A stretch of DNA of 64,000 nt, from the NCBI RefSeq assembly GCF_032062105.1, contig NW_026930103.1, positions 496,001 through 560,000 of the forward strand. The letters run 5' to 3'. Positions 52,450 to 64,000 of this stretch are shown piece after piece (position 1 is the first letter of the stretch; each line of letters begins with the position of its first letter). The notes under the pieces were generated by a model. It had not been told where the DNA came from. It ran no database searches and worked only from the letters and a program-made list of their open reading frames with translations. This DNA comes from Saccostrea cucullata (lineage: Eukaryota). Position numbers and translations under genes: made by a program.

Positions 52450-53673
52450 AACAAGAGCCCATGGACCACATCGCTCACCTGAGAACATGGGCTAGTTAAA
52501 AAACACAAATCAGCTCAGTATTGAAAAGTTTACTTGGTGGGGGAGGGGGATTTGAATTTTTTTATTACTTGAGAATGTCACTATATCAATAAAGCATACG
52601 TGTATAATTTCGCCATACTTCAGGAGAAGAGTTTTAAAGATTTTTCCTATATATTTCTATGTAAAGATTTGATTGCCCGTCATGGCCCCACCTTACTCCC
52701 AGGGGTCACGATATGAGCAAACTTGAATTAACTCTAACTGAGAATGTTTCCACATTAATATCACCAATCATAGCTTTGCTAATCTTGAGAAGAAGATTTT
52801 TAGAAGATTTTCCCTATGTATTCCTATGTAAAACTTTGATCAGCCATTGTGGCCCCAGCCTACCCCCGGGGGTCATGATTTGAACAAACTTGAATCTACA
52901 CTACCTGAGGATGCTTCCACATGAGTTTCACCTTTTCTGGTCCAATGGTTCTGGAGAAGATTTTTTTTTAAATTCCTATATATTCCTATGTTAAGCAATA
53001 TGAGCTGCTTTTTGAAAATTTTATTTTGCGTTTAAAAAGTGTTATTATGATAAAATTGTATGTACCCTAAACCTTTATGACCAGATAGACTAAAATAAAT
53101 CAGAAGAAAGACTTCTATATCCAATATACAGTTTCATATAAGAAATTATTATTGTACAGGACGACAATAATGTAATTTTGATTCAATCGAAGCTTATAAA
53201 TAGTTCCCCCATCGCAAATATGAAAAAAGAAGTTTATATATGTTATTTTTTTTCTGTCATTGAAATAGTTATTTACAATTTTGCAACAAAAAATTCCGAC
53301 ATCAAAGCTGCAGTTCATATTACTTTAAACTTAGCCATTGTGGCCCCGCCCAACCCTCATGATTTGAACAAACTTGAATCTGTAATACCTGTAGATCTTC
53401 CACATGAGTTTCATCTTTCCTGGTCCAGTGGTTCTGAAGAAGAAGATTTTTAAAGATTTTCCCTATGTATTCCTATGTAAAACTTTGATCAGCCATTGTT
53501 GCCCCATCCTACCCCCGGGGGTCATGATTTGAACAAACTTGAATCTACACTACCTGAGGATGCTTCCACATGAGTTTCAGTTTTCCTGACACAATGATTC
53601 TGAAGAAGAAGATTTTTAAAAGATGTCATTAATTTTTCTTTAATTCATAATTATCTCCTCTTGGAAGAAGGTT

Positions 53674-53717
<44 letters not shown>

Positions 53718-53870
53718 ACTTTTTGGTAAGTTTGGTTGAAATTGGCCCTGTGGTTCTTGATGAGAAGATTAAAATGTGAAAAGTTTACGACGACAACTAC
53801 AACAACGACAAACAACAGACAAATTTTGATCAGTAAAGCTCACTTGAGTCTTCGGCTCATGTGAGCTAAT
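52450..53870 (+). mobile_element. Complete non-autonomous Helentron/DINE-like element with internal ~165-bp tandem units, interrupted by unrelated sequence (~52990-53330)
   Basis: Starts 'aacaagagcccatggaccacatcgctcacctgag'; satellite units as in 1-647; (GAC/AAC)n; terminal hairpin 'gctcacttgagtcttcggctcatgtgagc'. Confidence 0.78.
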
Positions 53871-54084
53871 AAAACCTTTTTTTAAACGACTATCTTTCAA
53901 TCAATTCAAAATGAAAATAGATTCAATTAAAATATAATTGAATTATACCAATTTCAAATGAGTTTTTGCATTGTACAAATCAATTAAATATGAATACAAT
54001 TAGAACACGTACATGTAGGTCCAATTTAATTGCACCTCTCTTTCAATCGATTATATGTACATTTAAATTTTTATAATTTTTTGA

Positions 54085-54356
54085 ATGTTGGTTGGTTTAA
54101 GTCCCTCTCGACAATGTTTTACTCATAAGAAGACGCAACCACTTGACTGAGAAGGGCTGCAAATGTATATGTACTTATACTCGGCACTATGGGCTTTTGA
54201 GCAGTAAGGGACCTTTTTCGATCTAAAATCTATACGGTCTCATCCAAAGAACCTGTGTCCACGTGCTTCGGTGGAATCCAATCCGTGACGTAAGGATAAT
54301 CTACATACTTTGCGACTCTGGAGCGGACGATCTACCACAGCGCCATGCTAGCGACA
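54085..54356 (-). mobile_element. Degenerate SINE copy
   Basis: Reverse-complement similarity to the 15583 SINE along its length, ending in 'ctaccacagcgccatgctagcgac'. Confidence 0.65.
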
Positions 54357-55329
54357 AATGTTGAATTGACTTTTTCGAACAAAAAATCAGAAAATTAATG
54401 ACATATTCATTTTGATCAAAAAAGATAACCAGGAAAAAAGTGATTCTATCAAAAATGAAAAGTTTCACTTTTGTGTAAAGATCAATTTCAATAATTTCAA
54501 ATGATCTTTAAGTAATATGTTTTCATGTGTTAAACTTGAAAAATCCCAAGTAAAAAAAAAATCTCCATATTTATAGCACTTGATCTCATTAAACCAAATT
54601 AGAATGAATACAAACCATATTATAAAGAGGCTAACACAGCTGTTCACCATATATTTAATGCTTGTTACATATATTTTGACACAAAACAATTTTTGGGTAA
54701 AATTTGACTTTTTCCTTCACAGTTGAATGATTAATTGGGAACATTGTGATTTACGTCTTCTATATATTAAAAATCAGGTCATATTCTTATATGTTCTAGA
54801 ATTGACGCGACGTCACATCTGATGTATCGGTATCATATTCTCAAACATATCTACATTAAAAAATGTAGGTTAACTGTTCACATAAGGATATAAATTTTGT
54901 TGTTACGAAATAAATTCAAAGGTACTAGGAATTCTCTTTCCCTGCCAAAAGTAACAAATTAAAAATAGGCCTACCTCAAACCAATAAGTTGAAAGTGTTT
55001 GATATAGACAAGGGTGAGCTACTGTTCAAAAGCTATAAAATGAAAACGCAGGCAATTCATTACAATTAGGAAATGAAAGATTATTATTACACGAAATGAT
55101 GATATAAATTACATGTACATAAATATACAACATTTGTTAAATACATTTAAAGAGATCACTTGAAATAAATATTGGGAGTTAAATGGGTTCAGCACTAAAT
55201 GACTATGATATAGGTTACTTCTATATATCCACAGATCTTTTTTGATGTATGCAGCGGTTCATCTTTTTCTATGATTAATTAAAGAGTTGTTTTAATTCTC
55301 AAGTTACGTAAATGTAAATCAATAAAATA

Positions 55330-55650
55330 TGGACAGCCTAATCAAGCCCAGAGGTCCATTTAAACAATACAAATCTAGGACAGGGCAAATTGGACCTCTA
55401 AAACTTCAGAGGTGACAACAGGTTATATGGAGGAGTAGGAATCCCCATTCTACCGGTTAAACTAGCGGTTCTTGCTTGTCATGATCAGAAAAATGGAGAG
55501 AAAAGACCATTGGCAATGTACTGTTTAAATAATGATCTAAAACTTAGTATGAAAAACGTCAGTCAGCATTCGACTTAATGAAAATTGCATTTGCTCATAA
55601 CGTCGTTGTATCGACCATAGATCATACTATATGAAACCAGTCTGTTGGAA
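55330..55650 (-). mobile_element. Penelope-like element 3' fragment
   Basis: Similar to 46520-46870 ('agtatgaaaaacgtcagtcagcatt', 'ttgtatcgaccatag'). Confidence 0.65.
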
Positions 55651-57589
55651 TTCTTGTTTAATTTAAAATGAAGAGGGAGAGATAACTCTTTAAACTAAGA
55701 TTAAGTAAAAAATGAAGCTTGAAATAGAAATCTTTTCATGCAACAATTTTCATTTAATGCATCTCAAGGAGATTCAAGGTTCTTTGAAATGGTTTAATAG
55801 ACAATTTGTATCTCCTAAAAGTATTTTTAAAAATACATATTCAAGGAAATCAGTTCTTTTGATCTAGCCTTAGGTACCAATGTTTATCAGTATGGTATTT
55901 AAATAGAAGTGATTTATTGTATTTTGCACTATGCATTATAAAATGATGGAAGTAAAAAAAGAAACTTAAAAGTATAAAAAAATCATGCAATTTTATTCAA
56001 AAGCCTAAAATGATGTATTTGTTGATCAATATTCAATTACAATGACAAAGTAGGTGTTTTTATTTGTATTCCCTGAAAAAAGTTATTTGAGATTTACTAA
56101 TTTTTTGGTTTTGTTAATTTTTTTTTGTTTCCAAAGATTAAATGATACTAACAAAATACTTCTTTGTTTTTAAAGAAAAATGCTATATATTTTCCGGTTT
56201 TGAAAACATGCAAAAGATCTTTTTCAAGGCTTGAAATAAGATAGCAAAAAACTACGGTTTTTAAGCACCGGCATGATTTATGGACAAAAATATATAAAGA
56301 ATGTGAACAGAATAATTATGCTATATTACAAGATGTAAACAGTTAAAAAAAGCCTGTATTTGTCCATACAGTTTTTTCTCTGTTTTAAGACAATAACATC
56401 TATCATCATTATTATTGTAACGTATGAATTACTTACGCTGTACACTAAATAGAATATTTCATCCAATCACAGTTTAGCTACTGTTTAAAACCGTTATAAA
56501 AACAATAATCTGATTCAATGGCTAAAAAATCACTTCACGCCCCCGCACCTTTATATATTTGCTGTTATTAATATGAAGCACTTATTTTTGGATATCTATT
56601 ATAATAATATGTATTAAGGATATTGACCCGTAACAGCTATTAGGTCTATGAACTGTAAGAAAATTATAATTCAAGAAATATTCGATATAAAAAGATTTTC
56701 ATGATAAAGACTCTAAATAATGAGAAGAAAACCATTATAAAACATCGTCTGAAGTCACAATATAATTGTAACCATGGCCTGGCATTAAAAAATTCGTTCT
56801 TACTTTTAAACGCTATTCTGTAGATTTAATGTACAACTTTGCTTTCTTTAAATTTCTAAAATCAAACTGACTACGTTGTTTTACAGAGAATAAAAGTTCA
56901 TAATTATTTTGTTTTTTCTATCATCTTATTTAATGATTAATGCACCTGTATAAAGCGAAAACAAAATTTCCATGTGTTTTTAAATAATGTTTGACTTTCT
57001 ATTAAATTTCCCTTTGAAATAAACAAACAATTACATAGAGGGTAAAAATGCAAGCGTTTGATTTATTTTTGTTTATAATGTATTTAATTAATAAATTCTT
57101 TATAGTCATTTATGTACAAGCTAAACAAATTTAATTTAGAGAACACTTGCAACCAGGCAGTACTTTTAATTTAATCAACATGTTCAAAGTAAGCATAACA
57201 CTCATTAAAATATGTAACAAACGATTATCTATCAAAATGAGTTAATATATATCACAATTTCCATTTTGTTGTACATGTTGAAATAATATGATGGCATAAT
57301 GACTGTAAAATGGTCGTAACATGAGCATCAAAACTTTTGAAAATCTTTCGCGATTTTCTGTGTCACTAGGGAATGAATTAGAAAGTAACCACATGTCGAA
57401 AGTGTTCAATTTCTTGTACAAATGAAGATAAAACCTCAAATACCTCATTTACTTAAAATATTTCATCACCTCTCTCTTTTTTTTAAGAAAAAAGATAAAT
57501 GACATTTTAAATGATTTATGAGATTTATATAGATATAATTATTAAATGAAAAAATCATAAATCGTGAAAAAATGTAACAAATAGGCTTC

Positions 57590-58655
57590 ATTATAAAGAT
57601 CCCTTACCCTTATTTAGAAAATCGGTGTGACATGTACTTTAAATTATTCAAGATATTTTTGAATGTACATTCATCTCCATGAACCCTAAGCCTCTAAAAA
57701 AAATTATTGTTTAAAGTGGGGGAGTTTAATATGTAGACAAACAGACTGCACTAGCCATGTTTTGCCGGTATGTAATCAGTCATTAATGTCAAAACAAAAT
57801 TTTGATCATGGTACCTTTCAGAACACTTTGATCACTATGAAATTAATGACATTATTTTAATTTTATCTAGTACAGACGACAGGAAGCTGAGACAAGATAA
57901 CAACTTTCAGAATAATCAAGTATTTCTTTCATAAAAATTAAAATACTTCCCAATTGTTTTTATTTGTTGATGATTTAAACATTTGTTATTCAGCTCGATT
58001 AATATATTTCCATCATTTATGTACTTTAGGAGATTTTCCTTTCATTTGACATTTGTAAATTAATAAAGACATGCAATATGGAAGAAACTTGTTTTTTTTT
58101 ATTCCGTTGCTGTACGTCTAAAACTTTCAAGAATTACCAAAAGGAATTTTTTTTAGTATGGACAATGAAAAAACAGTTTGAAAATATTGTTTTGGAAATT
58201 TTGAAAGTGAAGGATCTGAATGTATACTTAAATGTATAGGTGTAAAATACCAAATGTTATAAGCGTCAACTAATAAAAACAAATAGGTTGTTGTTTATGA
58301 TTTTCATGAAAATTTGAATTTAATTAATCATTTTGAAAGGTTTTTTTGTCCTCAGCTTCCCGGCGTCTGCACTAGATAGGCTAATATTTTTTGAAAAATG
58401 ACATTTTTCTCAAAGTGATCAAAGTATCTTGACAAGTAGAGTGATCAAAAGAGTGCTTTGACATTAATTTCTGATGCTATATTGGCAAAATATAACAAGC
58501 GCAGTCTGTTTGTCTAAAAATCAAACTTCCCCACATTAAAAGATAAATGTTCATACGTTAGGGGCTAGAGAGACAAATGTACATTTAAATATCTTGCATA
58601 ATGGATTTATAGTAAAAGTCACAATATTCTAAATAAGGTCGAAGCATCTTTATCA
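57590..58655. repeat. Long degenerate inverted repeat (foldback/MITE relic), arms ~400 bp
   Basis: Nested complementary pairs: cttatttagaa/ttctaaataag, agacaaacagactgc/gcagtctgtttgtct, cattaatgtcaaa/tttgacattaat, ctttgatcact/agtgatcaaag, ggaagctgag/ctcagcttcc. Confidence 0.75.
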
Positions 58656-58717
58656 TATGACTACATAAATGCAGTCGATAAGAAACGTTTTCATTATTTA
58701 AATATTAACATCAAAGT

Positions 58718-59229
58718 ACGATAGCTCAGTCTGTAGAGCGCTCGAATCTTAACTGCGACTTGCCTATGTAAGTCGTTGAAAATGGGTAGCACCTATTCCT
58801 TTGCCATGCGCTCGGCACTTGAAATAAAAGTTGCGGGTCCTACGGGTGGAACCTTTAAAAACCGAGGTCTCGTATCACGGCAGGCGTTGGCACCATAAGG
58901 ATCCCTCACTGCTCAATGACCCTGAGTGCCGAAGAAAGGTCAAAATTTAATGCACTAAATCGGTGTACTGTAAACCAACAATTATTCAAGTCCTCTTTTA
59001 TTCGCCATTCGTCAGTTTGAAATAATTCCGCGACGATTAATTTTCGCGATTGAGGAAACATTCTCTACCAATATAAAGCAAAAGAAAGGGTTCGCAGCGA
59101 TAAATATTCGTGAGTTTAAGTAGGTCGCGAAACTCGCAAATGTTTCTTGCACGCTAATAAATGTTGGTTTACAGTATGATGACGTCTAAACATGAGTTAA
59201 AAATTCTCGAATGGGACGTAAAACAACAT

Positions 59230-59272
<43 letters not shown>
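58718..59272 (+). mobile_element. tRNA-derived SINE (longer variant with an extra domain before the Deu/Nin-like core) interrupted by a MITE
   Basis: A box 'atagctcagtctgtagagcg', core 'aaaccgaggtctcgt..ggatccctcactgctcaatg', 3' 'aattctcgaatgggacgtaaaacaa' and (CAAT)n tail 59231-59272. Confidence 0.75.
58968..59174. mobile_element. MITE with 13-bp TIRs and TA target duplication (Tc1/mariner-type)
   Basis: TA-CTGTAAACCAACA ... TGTTGGTTTACAG-TA; the SINE sequence resumes on both sides. Confidence 0.8.
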
Positions 59273-59274
<2 letters not shown>

Positions 59275-61979
59275 GAACATAATTATGTGCAGAGTCAGAA
59301 TGAAGAAAACAAAGTAAATTATTTGATGACCCGTGGTTTACCAGTCAAAAGTTGTTTAACAAAAATGCTTACAAATATTTCCAAACAGTAGTTACAGAGT
59401 ACATGTACCACACAACGGGATGTTTCGGCCGTGATACAATTTTCTTTGCGAACCTTTTAGATAACAACAAAATTTAACTCGTTTAAACTTGTCACCAAAT
59501 ACGTTCCAAATAAAAGCAAAGATAACTATTTTAAAAACAACAGGGACACAAATGAATAAGTAGAACAAGTCTAGACAATATAGAGTAACACCCGGAGTAT
59601 TTTCGTTAGAAATAATTTAGCTGAAGCAGTCCTCAAAAGAAAATCAATTTATCCTACATGTTTTAAATGTATTAGAAATACTAATCGGCCAATAGTTGAT
59701 AAATTTCCTTTTACGTGTATCTTACTACTTTTCAGAAACAAATGTGATTGAAAATATATTTTTTACAAATTCTGTCTGCTACAAAATGTACCTTTCGATT
59801 TAGGATCAGTATCGGAGGCAAAGCGGGAGAATTGGAGGTATTCCGATCCCGATCTATTTAACATTCTAGCTAACCCAACTCAAATAACAGCAAGAAAGTT
59901 TCCTTATAAAATAAGTGCATATATTCTTTATAGGTTATATTCTTTTAATTAGGTCTTTCCACCTTTCCGGGGGAAAGACCTCTTGAAATGCTTCTGTTTA
60001 TTATTATTAGGTCTTTCCAGCTTTCTCTGGAAAGACCTATTGATATCCTTCTGTTTCTTCTTTTTTATTATTTTTCCGCCGTGTGATTTTGAGTTTCAAG
60101 ATTTATCGTAAAGATTTTTAGTCGATAAGAATGTACTCCGTAAAAGATTTTGGCAGTTGACCCTGCGTATATGAACTTTGACCCCTTACGGAGTTACGAC
60201 CCCTTTCGCAATAAATGCTTGTTATCACTACTCCTCCGATACCTTAAACCGCAGAGATTCCAAACCTTTATTAATGTTTACGACTGATTTAGTAGACTCT
60301 CCAATCAAACATTGCGAAAGGATTCGTAAACTCCTATAATGAATTATTGCCCCTGAATGTTTGAAATGTTTATGAATATCAAGAACTTTTCTAAAACGAC
60401 AAAGCGCAGAGACATGGGGCCAACTGCGAAAGATTTCTTGACCTTTGACCTGAAAATCTAGGTCAAGGTCAAAGTCATTCAAAAAATGTAAAATTCAGCA
60501 TTTTTTATAGCTCTTTTGTTCTTAACCAAATTCTAAACTTCTTTGCATCTTTAGTATGTACTCTTAAAACCATTTCAGAGATTCCATGCTTGTCCCCTAA
60601 GATTGAACCCTCTAAAAGTTAGTGCCCCTTTCAGTGTAAACCCTTGTTATCGCTACTCCTCCAAAACCGTAAACCGTAGAGGTACAAAACCTTCAACAAT
60701 GTCTGCGACTAATTTAGTACACTTCTCATTCTATTAGTGCGAAGGAATTCGTAAACATTTTAAGTAGTTATTGCCCCTGGCAGTTTATGATGTTTACAAA
60801 GAACTAAAAAACTTCTTAACGACAAGTCGTAAAGACATGGGCCCAACTGCATGAGATCTTTTGACCTTGAATATAAGGTCAAGGTCATTGGGAAAGTATC
60901 AAAATTTCCTTATTTACGGCCTTTTGGTTAAAATGACCTTGACCTTGATATTTGACTTTGACCTTGACCTTTTCTCAAAAGTTTAAAAATATATATTCAT
61001 TATCTTTACCTAGATTCAGCTTCAAGTGTAAAACTTAAGTTTATAAGTGCTTTTTTCTTTTGGATGACCTTGACCTTTGACCTTGATAAATGACCTTGAC
61101 CTTTGACCCAAAGGTCACATTCAAGCTTAAGTATGTGGAGGTATTTATAATTCTCACGTACAAACACTTATATAATACCCCCCCCCCCCCCGATTTCTCT
61201 AAAAAATAAAAAATCAATAGCGGCATAGGAAATTTTTCTACAAATCAAAGGACATCACAGATCAAGATAAAATTCAGTTTAGCATGTAGAAGACACCTCA
61301 AAGAAAGTGCCCTGAGAGTTTTACGGTGAGTCTCTTAAGTACAATTAAATTCTAGTGAATATCGGCGAAATCTACATATTTTTTCTGTATTAAATTCAAT
61401 TGTTGCTGAGTATTAAAATTAATTAAAGCTTGTATTGGCCATTTCTTCGATTGTTGTTAATATCACTCGATTCTCCTGCTCTAATACGATATTTCGATAC
61501 CAAAAATTCTTGCTTTCTTTAGTATGTGGAATTTATTTTAATTTTATTTAGATTTAATATTGTTGGGATGAATCTCGAAAATAGCGATTTTTCCTGTCAA
61601 ATAAATTTCCACGCTCTATCTCAGTGACACCGTTTTTTTTTTTCCCTGAGATGCATGTTTCAAGTTTAATTTATGCTGGTAACTATGAATTCAATTCAAA
61701 TAGAAATGATTATTAAATCTTACCTATGAGTTTACCATGTCTGTCAAAACGAACGCGGCCTTTTTCAAATACATAAATTGCTACGCAACCTCAAATGCAT
61801 GTATCCCCGTTAATAGCAATATCATAATTTTAATCAGACAATATCCCTTACATATTAACTCGAAAACAATCTCATTCCAACTCACATATACACCCAGGAG
61901 CTTGTCAGAAGTTTATTAAGTGGATCTCTTTGACTGATCAATGAATCAAGGAAATTCCGGTAACTTTAACTCGACAATA

Positions 61980-63369
61980 AGGCCAAAAAAATAATAGTCT
62001 TGTTTCCTGCTACCAGCCTAAAAAAAATAGGGTAGGTAGGTAGGAAAATTATTTTATTTTATTTTTTTATTTTATTTTTTTCCGACGGCATTTTTTGGAT
62101 ATGAACTGAATACATGATCAAATTAAGCATATCACAAGTCACTCAATATAATTTTTTACAATTAAATTTCATATATTGATGCACAACAACTCAAGTGGTA
62201 TTTTATAATATACAGTACACTATGTAGAAAGCTCTTTTAGTTTTCTCAGAATTTTTTTTTAGTTATGGAACATGAAGGTATTTGTGAAGTAGATAATCAA
62301 ACAATCATTCCTTTAAAAACTCAGCGATAGACCATATGTGTTACAGAAACCATGAACTTTGTTAGATTACACTGTATTTGATTTCTGAGCAGGTTAATTT
62401 TATCGTTGTTTACTATTTGAAATCTTAAAACAAAAAAACAAAAAAAAAACAAACAAAGATGATGAATCTGAATACATGTACATTTGTAATTTAAGTGAAA
62501 TATTTTAGTGAACAGGAACTAAATCAAGAACAAATGTTAATTGAAATTTCTTTTTTAAAAAGTGGAAAATAGTATTTTGTTTACATTAAACAATATAGGA
62601 CTATTGAAACAGAATGGGAATTAATTTTTTTAATAAAGTCCATGCAAAGGGTATTTTACTGATATTAGTCCCACCTTTCATTTAATATATGTATGTATTT
62701 ATTTCTTAAAATTAGTTTTAGTTAGTTAAAATTGCAAGTTGTAAAAATAATTATCCAGAAGTTAGACATGTATGTATGGTGATAATTACGTTTAAAGATT
62801 GACTAGACTAATTATGTTTTCCTTTACTTACAATATTTACCGTTTCCTGGTATTAGTCTAACCCCATATTTAATCATGGCGGTAAAAGTATCTACAAGAC
62901 ACGGGATCCTCTCCATGTTTTCAACATTCATCACTACTTTTATGCTCTTTGCACTTGGATTTGCTAACAAAATTAAAGAATGACAATTTTATTTTTTGTT
63001 AGCGATGTCGGCGACATTTATTTTATAATCGATGAGTAGCATCGAAGAGCTTCTAACAACTGACAATCGATCACTAGCAAAGATATCATTTAAAGTGGTA
63101 GTACTCGAAAAGGTTGTAATTACGCTTGTTTTTGTGTCCTTGTAGCGACACCGTTCCAAAATAACAGAGAGCACACGAGGCTGGCCTCTTCCAATGGCCG
63201 CCGCCATTTTGTTTTGTATTTATAACAGGGGAACTGAAAACGGTGACAGAACAACAAATTCCGGAAATATATCGATTTTTTTTCCGAATCGAAAAAAAAC
63301 TTTAGGGTCGGCCCCTAAAAATAGGGTCGGTCGGGTAGCAGGAAACAGGACTATTTTTTTTTTTGGCCT
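61980..63369. mobile_element. Non-autonomous DNA transposon with ~35-bp TIRs nested in the composite element
   Basis: Left 'aggccaaaaaaataatagtcttgtttcctgctacc', right 'ggtagcaggaaacaggactattt..ttggcct'; subterminal 'aaaaatagggt(a/c)ggt' at both ends; no transposase ORF and no clear TSD. Confidence 0.7.
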
Positions 63370-63392
63370 AATACGAGACAATTTCAACGGAA

Positions 63393-63460
63393 CCCGTGGC
63401 GTAGTGGTTAGAGCGCTCGCCTGCTAATCAGAGGTCCAGAGATCGAATCCTGCTAGAGCA
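63393..63460 (+). pseudogene. tRNA-like segment within a repeat element
   Basis: 'gtggcgtagtggttagagcgctcgcctgctaatcagaggtccagagatcgaatcctg' has A- and B-box-like motifs, but acceptor and T stems pair poorly. Confidence 0.45.
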
Positions 63461-64000
63461 CTATAATTTTTTTTTTTCACTTTTTCATTTGCGTTTTTCT
63501 TCTTTTTTTTCAACCCAAATGACACGGAAACACTTAAAAAGCTGGAAAGACCTCTTATTGTTCTGTGAACAATAAGTCTCCTAGTTTTTTTTATTATTTT
63601 TCCGCTACGGACTTTTGATCCGAAAGACTTATCGAAAAACATTGTAGTTCATGATACTCGACATCAAAAGTTATTTCGAAAAACAACCCAACGTATATGA
63701 CCAATGACCCCTTTCGGAGTTCTCTCCCTTTGCGTGAAAAACCATTGTTATCGCTACTCCTCTGAAACCGTAAACCGTAGAGATACAAAACCTTCAACAA
63801 TGTCTACGACTAATTTAGTACACTCTTGAATCTATTCATTACGAAAGGATTCGTCAACCCCTACAATGAATTATTGCCCCTGAATGTTTGCGATGTTTAC
63901 GATTATCAGGATCTTTTCTTAAACGACAAGTCGTAGAGACATGGGACCAACTGCAAAAGATTCACTGACCTTTGACCTTAAAATTTAGGTCAAGGTCAAA

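Larger units (their letters stand above)
59948..64000. mobile_element. Composite Helentron/DINE-like element(s) of a second family with ~430-bp internal repeats and (TGACCT)n tracts
   Basis: Terminal hairpins 'aggtctttcc..ggaaagacct' (59951-59981, 60009-60038); repeat units at ~60170-60480, ~60600-60890 and ~63700-64000; 'ctggaaagacct' recurs at 63542; runs off the window. Confidence 0.6.

Overview
AT-rich, intron-rich animal genomic DNA. Gene content and repeat families point to a bivalve mollusc, most likely an oyster (inference). I reconstructed five spliced genes by hand from GT-AG boundaries and reading phase. (1) PAN/apple-like + C-type lectin gene (+, 1535-6857). (2) Hydroxylysine-kinase-like APH/choline-kinase-fold gene (-, 7918-12174). 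(3) Short secreted Pif-like chitin-binding + LamG gene (-, 21021-23731). (4) Head-to-head with it, a giant secreted Pif/BMSP-like gene (+, 25944-45351, ~2844 aa): signal peptide, VWA, 39 one-exon-per-module sushi/CCP repeats, chitin-binding, LamG. (5) Small secreted Cys-rich/Thr-rich gene (+, 50019-51262). The rest is mostly repeats: Helentron/DINE-like elements with ~165-bp tandem units, Penelope-like RT fragments, tRNA-derived SINEs, MITEs and palindromes. The most interesting candidate system is the divergent Pif-like pair. One paralogue carries a 39-module spacer and, hidden in an intron, a phase-compatible candidate terminal exon that would add an RRKRR site and an acidic/basic low-complexity tail. 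All coordinates were counted manually and no database searches were run.
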